A DNA stretch of 64,000 bases, taken from assembly GCA_965223155.1 (NCBI GenBank), contig CBDCVR010000014.1, positions 224,001 through 288,000 of the forward strand. The letters are read 5' to 3'. Shown here one piece after another: positions 58,058 through 64,000 of the stretch (positions are counted from its first letter, which is position 1; every line of letters begins with the position of its first letter). Source of the DNA: Candidatus Multivoradales bacterium. Its GTDB lineage: Bacteria > Acidobacteriota > Thermoanaerobaculia > Multivoradales > JAHEKO01. Both the position numbers and the translations under genes were made by a program. The notes under the pieces are model-generated. The model saw nothing but the letters and a program-made list of their open reading frames with translations, was not told the DNA's origin and made no database searches.

Positions 58058-58954
58058 TCATCGGCCCGGTCCCCCACCAATCCGCCCGCTATCCCGTCCC
58101 GGGCTTGCTTCCGACCGCTTCGACGCCATGCGCCGCGCCAGCAGCAGCGGCAGCGCGAGCAGGATCGGTGGATCCGTGGGCAGCGACTCGCGCAGCACCA
58201 GATCGGTATCGCCGATCAGACGCCCACCGCTGACCACGACCGAGCGCTCAGTCGAGCCCGCCCGCAGCGCGTTTTCGTACAGCAGGTAGTCCCTGGGGTC
58301 CGAGGACCAGGAGAGGCCGAGTCCCAGGAGGTGGTACTCGCCATCGGGCAGCGTGGGCAGCCGGTAGGACCCCGGCCGGGTCACGAGGGCGCAGGCCTCG
58401 GGCTCGGTCTGAGGAACCGCTCCCTCGAAGAGGCCCACGAAAATCAACCCGTCAAAGCCGTCCGGGGCCTCGATCCGGCCGGCAGCGGGCCCTTCCGCCG
58501 CGAAGCCGCCGCCACGCGCCCGCCCTCTGCGCAAGCAGTCCACCGCCGCGCCCGCGTCCTGCCGGCTGAGCCGCCGGAAGTGGCTGGGAGCCAGTCCCAC
58601 CAGCTCGGCGAAGCGCCGGGTAAACGTGCCCAGGCTGCTGTAGCCGACCTCGAGCGACACGTCGGTGACGCTCATCTCCGACTCCAGCAAGAGACGCTTG
58701 GCGCTGGCCAGCCGCAACGCGGTCAGGAACCGGCACGGCGGCACACCGGTCACCTCCTTGAACACCCGATTCAGATGGAACGGGCTCATGATGGCGACGT
58801 CGGCCATCTGTTTCAGCGAGAACTCTTCGTCCAGGTTCTTCTCCATTTCGCCAACAAGGCGCTCGATCGCCGTGCGGTAGAAGGAGTCCGTCTCGGCGCG
58901 GTGCACCGGCGGCTGGGACGGAGTCGCGATCGCGGATTGGACCATTTCAGACAT
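58058..58954 (-). CDS. AraC-family regulator (enediyne R2-like)
   Basis: MSPFHLNRVFKEVTGVPP.RFL..LRL..AK.LL, VGYSSLGTF..RF; C-terminal IFVGLF...P...P..C domain. ATG 58954 overlaps the PKS stop. Confidence 0.9.
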   Translation of the reverse strand: MSEMVQSAIATPSQPPVHRAETDSFYRTAIERLVGEMEKNLDEEFSLKQMADVAIMSPFHLNRVFKEVTGVPPCRFLTALRLASAKRLLLESEMSVTDVSLEVGYSSLGTFTRRFAELVGLAPSHFRRLSRQDAGAAVDCLRRGRARGGGFAAEGPAAGRIEAPDGFDGLIFVGLFEGAVPQTEPEACALVTRPGSYRLPTLPDGEYHLLGLGLSWSSDPRDYLLYENALRAGSTERSVVVSGGRLIGDTDLVLRESLPTDPPILLALPLLLARRMASKRSEASPGRDSGRIGGGPGR

Positions 58955-61900
58955 CGATGGCTCCCTCTTCATGAACGAACGTGAACGTCAACGGTGCCGG
59001 TCCGCCCCGGAGCGAGGTGGCGTAGCTGGCCAGCGCGCGAGTCCCGGAGCGCAGCGCCAGCCAACCGTCATCCTCGGAACGGACCAGCGTCAACGGAGCG
59101 GTGGCCGGAAGGCCCACCTTGCGCAGGCACTCCAGGGCCGTCCAGACCCGCGTTCTCGCGGTCGCCAGATCCTCGTGGCAGAGATCGGCGATTCTGCCGG
59201 CGAGGTCGAGCCGCTCCCAGGACAGAATCTCCGCCCAGTCCTCGTCGGCTCGTGACACGACCGGTTCGAGATCGCATCCGACCTCGTCTGCGGCGCGGAT
59301 CGCCAGCGTCACACCGTCGGCATGCGCAATCGAGATTCCGCCGCGGCCGCCACCGCCGCCACCCTCGTCGGACAGCAGGAGTTGGGGCCTGCCGTCGGGC
59401 CGGTAGCGCAAGGTTTCTCCGGACCCGAGCAGGCGCTCCAGAGCCCGTTCCTTGGCACCTTCCCGATCTAGGCTCTCGGTCGGCGCGACCGACACCGCCA
59501 GGTCCGGTGCGGACAGCAGGTCCTCGAGACGCCGTTCCAGATATGGCCGCAGGGTCGCGGCCGGCCAGCTCGTCTCCGGAGCCCGGGGGGCCGCGATGCG
59601 CAGCTCGAGGCCGTGCCAGCGCTCCCGCACCAGGCCGTCGGCACCCACGATTTCGAGCTGGTAGAAGAGGCTGTCGCCATCCCGGCGGAGCTCGGTCGCC
59701 TCCACCTCCCAGGACTCTTCGGCCGGCAACGAGCCCGTCTCGATGCGATCGACGCCCACCGGCAAGACGGTGGCGTGTGGGATCGAGGCTTGAACGCTGT
59801 GAATGGCGGCGTCGCGCGCGGCCGGATCCCCCAACACCAACCCCGCAGGCAGATAGCGGCCGAACCAGGCGACGGCGCCGTCGGCGCCGATGGCTGCCCG
59901 GGAATGGTGGGCGCTGAGCTGCCGGTAGCCAGTGACCCGCTGGAACCTTCCGGTTTGAAAGAGACATCCGCCGTAGAGATCGGTGCCGGGATCGAGAGCC
60001 AGGAACTCCTCCGTGCAGGCCGGCGCCTGAGGCGCCGGCTCGGGCCGATCGAAGCGACAGCGAGCACGGAAGTGATCCACGTCGAACCCGGTGGCCGCGC
60101 TTCGAACTACGACTTCGATGATTTCGGGCGCGGTGCGCAAGCCGGCGATCCGCACCTTCAAGGGTCCGTCCTCGGGAACCTGCAGCGCCCGCTCGAAGCG
60201 AACGGCCTCCAGGACGGGCGGACGGTCGGCGCCCTGGATGGCCATGGCGACCTGGCAGATGGCCTCGAGGCCCAGGACCGCGGGCACCAGCGGCGCGCCC
60301 AGAACCACGTGGTCGGCAAGATAGGGATCGGTCTCGACCGCGAGCTCGGCATCGACCACCAATTCGACTCCGGGATAGTGAAGCCGAGGGAACTCCAGAA
60401 ACCGCCGGAGCGGGAGTCTCCCGGTCTCGCGCTCGAGGGTCGGCAAGTCCCCCATCCGCCCAGCCACGACGCAGCGACCACCGACCTCGCACCTTCCTTC
60501 GAGCAGCTCGTTCAAGATCCGGACCCCGTCATCGACCCCGATGGGACTGATGCCCTGGCGGGCCAACGACTCCACCGTGCCGAGGCGCTCTCCCATCCCG
60601 GCTCCGGCCCAGATCGACCAGTCGATGGTCAGCGTCCGGCAGGCTGGGTGGTCTCGTCCGAACGCCTCCAGGCAAGCCGCCATCCACTCGTTGGCCAGGC
60701 CGTAGTGGGACTCCCCGGCCAGTCCGGTCCGCGCGATAAGCGAGCCGAACGCCACCACCAGCCGCAGGCGCTCGGGATCGAGGGCCGCCAGCAGGTTTCG
60801 GAGGCCCTCGACCTTCGGCGCCAGCGCCTGCGCGAACGCCCCGAGGTCCAGGGTCGAGAGCAGACCGGGCCTGTTCGAGCCGGCGCCGTGAAGGAGTGCC
60901 GTGATCTCGCCCAAGTCTTCCCGAGCGGTGGCCAGGGCGCGCGTCACCCCGGCCGGATCGCAAACGTCGACCGGCAGATAGCGGAACCGGGCTCCAAGCG
61001 AGCGGAGCCGGTCCAGGTTGGCCGCCAGCTCAGTGTCGTCGCCGGGATCGGACCGGCCTAGAAGAGCCAAGGCCGCGCCGTAGCGCCGGCCGAGCTCGAG
61101 GGCGCATTCCGCGGCGATTCCCTTGCCGCCGCCGCTCACCACCACGACGTCGTCCCGGCCAAGGACCGGAGTCTTGGCAACGATACCGTCTTTCGCCAGG
61201 CGCAGCACCGGGACCCGCCGATTGCCGGACCGGTCGTAGCGCGCATGCACGAAGCCCTCGGCCGATCGAGCCTCGGCCACGATCCAATCCAGAGCACCCT
61301 CGGCACTCTCGGGAATCTCGACCACGCAGGTCGCTGTCGGCTCCGTTTCCAGATGGAACGACCGGGCGAACGACGCCGCGAGCGTTCGGTGCTGGACGAT
61401 CAAGAGCCGGTCATCGCCCGATGCTTCCACCTCCCGAACGGCCTGGAGAAGGAGGCCTAGGGACTCCGAGTCTGGACCCTCGGGGAGATAGACGGCGGTT
61501 CCCGAGCCACGGCCGGAGGCGGCAAGCGCCCGTTGCAGATCGCCCGCGAACTCGGTGTCTGGCGGCGCCACGACCCGCCACCTTCCCCGCTCTCTCGCCG
61601 TACTTTCTGGTCCCCGGGCCGGCCGCCGAACCGGCAGTGGGCGCTCCTCGAAAGCCACCACGAAGGGACGAACCCAACTGCCGACTCCCGCGGGAGTCGC
61701 CCCGCTTTCGAGGTCCGCGACCCCGGTCGCCCCAACCTCATCCAGGAAGCCCGCCAGCTCGGCAATCGAAAAGGTCGCCAGGTCGGTGGGCAGAGTGAGA
61801 TCGCCGAGACCCAGCTCGCGCGCCGCCCGCATCGCGACTTGGGTCACCCGGATCGAGCTCAGGTGGAGATCTTCCAGCAAGCGCTGGTCCTCGGCCAAGG

Positions 61901-64000
61901 TCTCAGCGGGCAAGTCCAGCTCGCTCGCGACCAGACCTCGAACCAGCTCCAGGGAGCCGCGTCCGACCGAGGTCTCGGTCGGGAGTTGAGCCGGCCGCGG
62001 CGGCGGTTCCGACTCCGGCGCGGCCGGGCTTCGGCGGCGCGCCGCCCGCGGTCTCCGCGTTGCGGCACCGGCCGCCGCCTCGCAGGGACTCGGCAGAAAG
62101 ACCGGTTCCCTCTCGAAATCGAAGGGCTTGAAGAAGCGGCCCTCGAACAGCCCCTTGGTCCGGACCGGGGCGCCCAGGGTCCAGGCGGTAGCTACAGCCT
62201 CGAGCAGACCCAGGAGGGTGTCGGAGCCGGCATTGACGCTCACCGCTCGAGCGCTCCCGCAGGCCTCCGCCAGCCGGCTCAGGACGCTGCCCGGACCCAG
62301 CTCCAGCCAGAGATCGACGCCCTCCCGCTCCGCTCGCTCGATGGCCTGCTGGAAGCGCACCGGTGCCTCGAGCTGGCCGAGGAGCAGTCCTCTCGGAGAG
62401 CCATCAGCGGCGACCGTCTCCCCGGTCACCGTCGAGACCGCCGTTCGGGCCGGCGGACGCATCGCCTCATCCGCAAGCAACGCCTCCAGCGGACCGCGCA
62501 GGCTCGTCATCAGCGGCGAATGAAACGCGTCGGCAACTTCGAGCCGCGTGACGGTCCGATCCCGGCGCCGCGCTCGCTGCACCAGGCGATCGATCGCCGC
62601 CAAGGGCCCGGAAACCACCGTTTGGCTGGGTCCGTTGAACGCCGCCACGACAAGGTTCAGTCCCGCGATCAGCTCAGCGGCCTCGGCGGCCGGCGCCGAG
62701 ACACTCGCCATTCCGCCACGAGGCCCCTCTCGTTCGGCCATTATCCGACCGCGGGCGCGGGCGATCCGCAGAGCCCCCGCACGGTCGAAACAGCCTGCCC
62801 AGTGAAGCGCACAGAGCTCGCCCAAGCTGTGACCAACGGCGACGTCAGCGGCGAGCCCGAGCCGGTCCGCCAAGTCCAGGGCCGCTAGCGACCGTCCTAC
62901 GATCGCCGGTTGGATCTCCCCCGGTCCGCGCTCGGGCCGGCCCGCCTCGAGCCAACCGGCCAGCTCCGGGAACCGCCGGGCCCAGAGCCGGGAGCCTCGC
63001 GCCGCCAGCGATCCTTGCCCCGGGAACAGAAAACCGAGACGGGGCGCCCGGTCTCCGGCATCCCCGAGCCACCAGCCGCGGCCGTGCTCCAGGCGGTCCG
63101 CGGCTTCTTCCTCGGTTCGGGTCTCGAGCCGCGCCAGCATCCGGGTCAACCGCTTCACCAGCTCGCTCGGCCGTTCGGCGACCGCGGCGGCCCGCAAGGG
63201 GCCTCTTCCCGCAACGGTTCCCGCGCCGGCGGCGAGCTCGGCTGCCATGTCGGTCAGCTCGGCCTCCGAGCAGTGCGCCGCGGAGCGGCGCAGGACCGTC
63301 AGGCGATCTCGCAACTCTTCCCGAGACGTGGCGTCGACCAGGAAGAGCTCGGTTCCCTGGGGCGCAGTCCGGCACAAGCCATGACCGGCGCCGACACTCG
63401 CTCCGACGGACCGAACCGGAGCCTCGACGGTGACGTGAACGTTGATTCCGCCGAACCCCATCGAGCTCACCGAGGCTCGGCGCGCTTGTTCTTGGGGCCA
63501 GTCCTCGGCGGCGTCGAGCACGCGTAGCGCGGCGCTCCGGCCAGTCAGGAGCGGGTGCGGCTCCCGGCAGCCGGTCGTCGGCGGCAGGACGCCGTGTTCG
63601 AGGGCCGAAACCGCCTTGAGCAGACCAGCGGCCCCGGCCGCGGCCTTGGTGTGGCCGATATTCGCCTTCACGGATCCGAGAGCCGCGCCGAAGACCGGGC
63701 CGGCGGCCGACTGCCGCGCCGAACCCTCGCCGCGGGTCAGCTCGGACGACAGAGCCTCCAGCTCCACGGCATCGCCGACCGGCGTCCCGGTGCCGTGCCC
63801 CTCGAAATAGCCGACCGACTCCATGGAATAGCCGGCCATCTCGTAGGCCCTTCTGAGCGCCAGACGCTGTCCCGCGACCTCGGGCCGGGTAATCCCCCCC
63901 GAACCGTCCGAGGAGATGCCCCAGCCGCGCAACAGGGCTCGTATGGGCCGATCGGCGGCGCGGGCGTCGGACTCGCGCATCAGCACGAACATGCCGCAGC
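58947..64000 (-). CDS. pksE: Enediyne-type iterative type I polyketide synthase (5' truncated by the window)
   Basis: KS (EGHGTGT.VGD, KANIGHTKAAAG), AT (FPGQGS, GHSLG, AFHS), internal ACP (LLEDLHLSSI), KR (GGGKGIAAECA, HYGLANEW), DH (YLADH, LYGG.LFQ..RF, DPAARD..IH), C-terminal PPTase (GCDLEPV, TRVWTALECLRK). Confidence 0.93.
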   Translation of the reverse strand, partial: CGMFVLMRESDARAADRPIRALLRGWGISSDGSGGITRPEVAGQRLALRRAYEMAGYSMESVGYFEGHGTGTPVGDAVELEALSSELTRGEGSARQSAAGPVFGAALGSVKANIGHTKAAAGAAGLLKAVSALEHGVLPPTTGCREPHPLLTGRSAALRVLDAAEDWPQEQARRASVSSMGFGGINVHVTVEAPVRSVGASVGAGHGLCRTAPQGTELFLVDATSREELRDRLTVLRRSAAHCSEAELTDMAAELAAGAGTVAGRGPLRAAAVAERPSELVKRLTRMLARLETRTEEEAADRLEHGRGWWLGDAGDRAPRLGFLFPGQGSLAARGSRLWARRFPELAGWLEAGRPERGPGEIQPAIVGRSLAALDLADRLGLAADVAVGHSLGELCALHWAGCFDRAGALRIARARGRIMAEREGPRGGMASVSAPAAEAAELIAGLNLVVAAFNGPSQTVVSGPLAAIDRLVQRARRRDRTVTRLEVADAFHSPLMTSLRGPLEALLADEAMRPPARTAVSTVTGETVAADGSPRGLLLGQLEAPVRFQQAIERAEREGVDLWLELGPGSVLSRLAEACGSARAVSVNAGSDTLLGLLEAVATAWTLGAPVRTKGLFEGRFFKPFDFEREPVFLPSPCEAAAGAATRRPRAARRRSPAAPESEPPPRPAQLPTETSVGRGSLELVRGLVASELDLPAETLAEDQRLLEDLHLSSIRVTQVAMRAARELGLGDLTLPTDLATFSIAELAGFLDEVGATGVADLESGATPAGVGSWVRPFVVAFEERPLPVRRPARGPESTARERGRWRVVAPPDTEFAGDLQRALAASGRGSGTAVYLPEGPDSESLGLLLQAVREVEASGDDRLLIVQHRTLAASFARSFHLETEPTATCVVEIPESAEGALDWIVAEARSAEGFVHARYDRSGNRRVPVLRLAKDGIVAKTPVLGRDDVVVVSGGGKGIAAECALELGRRYGAALALLGRSDPGDDTELAANLDRLRSLGARFRYLPVDVCDPAGVTRALATAREDLGEITALLHGAGSNRPGLLSTLDLGAFAQALAPKVEGLRNLLAALDPERLRLVVAFGSLIARTGLAGESHYGLANEWMAACLEAFGRDHPACRTLTIDWSIWAGAGMGERLGTVESLARQGISPIGVDDGVRILNELLEGRCEVGGRCVVAGRMGDLPTLERETGRLPLRRFLEFPRLHYPGVELVVDAELAVETDPYLADHVVLGAPLVPAVLGLEAICQVAMAIQGADRPPVLEAVRFERALQVPEDGPLKVRIAGLRTAPEIIEVVVRSAATGFDVDHFRARCRFDRPEPAPQAPACTEEFLALDPGTDLYGGCLFQTGRFQRVTGYRQLSAHHSRAAIGADGAVAWFGRYLPAGLVLGDPAARDAAIHSVQASIPHATVLPVGVDRIETGSLPAEESWEVEATELRRDGDSLFYQLEIVGADGLVRERWHGLELRIAAPRAPETSWPAATLRPYLERRLEDLLSAPDLAVSVAPTESLDREGAKERALERLLGSGETLRYRPDGRPQLLLSDEGGGGGGRGGISIAHADGVTLAIRAADEVGCDLEPVVSRADEDWAEILSWERLDLAGRIADLCHEDLATARTRVWTALECLRKVGLPATAPLTLVRSEDDGWLALRSGTRALASYATSLRGGPAPLTFTFVHEEGAIDV

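Overview
High-GC bacterial DNA, probably from an Acidobacteria- or Planctomycetes-like environmental lineage (inferred from gene content only). The first ~23 kb is mostly housekeeping and respiration. It holds a Rieske oxygenase fragment, a succinate-semialdehyde dehydrogenase, a cytochrome c, a UbiA/MqnP prenyltransferase, a GH16, an MBL hydrolase, and an orphan nirS with an extra heme-c domain. It also holds a full pho/pst locus (phoB-phoR-porin-pstS-phoU-pstCABB), a second ArsR-led pstSCAB operon, and mtgA. From ~23.2 kb to the end of the window lies a large accessory island ending in an enediyne-type iterative PKS (KS-AT-ACP-KR-DH-PPTase, truncated by the window edge), followed by AraC, an E10-type thioesterase, a P450 and an NTF2 protein. 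The main sequence-level observation is a 15-bp motif, GCAR-N4-GGAGAAG, found 7 times. Each copy is oriented toward the first gene of an island operon, and five have a -10-like hexamer 20-21 bp downstream. This suggests one regulon of >40 kb, plausibly controlled by the cluster AraC, that ties the PKS to an unusual and largely periplasmic gene set. That set includes a nitrilase-MauG fusion, a RoxA-like diheme protein, two paralogous unknown lipoproteins, a 12-repeat beta-propeller, HEAT, TolB, ABC1 and DUF899 genes, a FeeM-like protein, an amidase and a DUF1553/DUF1501 pair. A halogenase-methyltransferase-oxidase operon sits inside the island but lacks the motif. A local patch of frameshifts affects a Clp ATPase and its neighbour. 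No rRNA, tRNA, CRISPR array or transposase was recognised.
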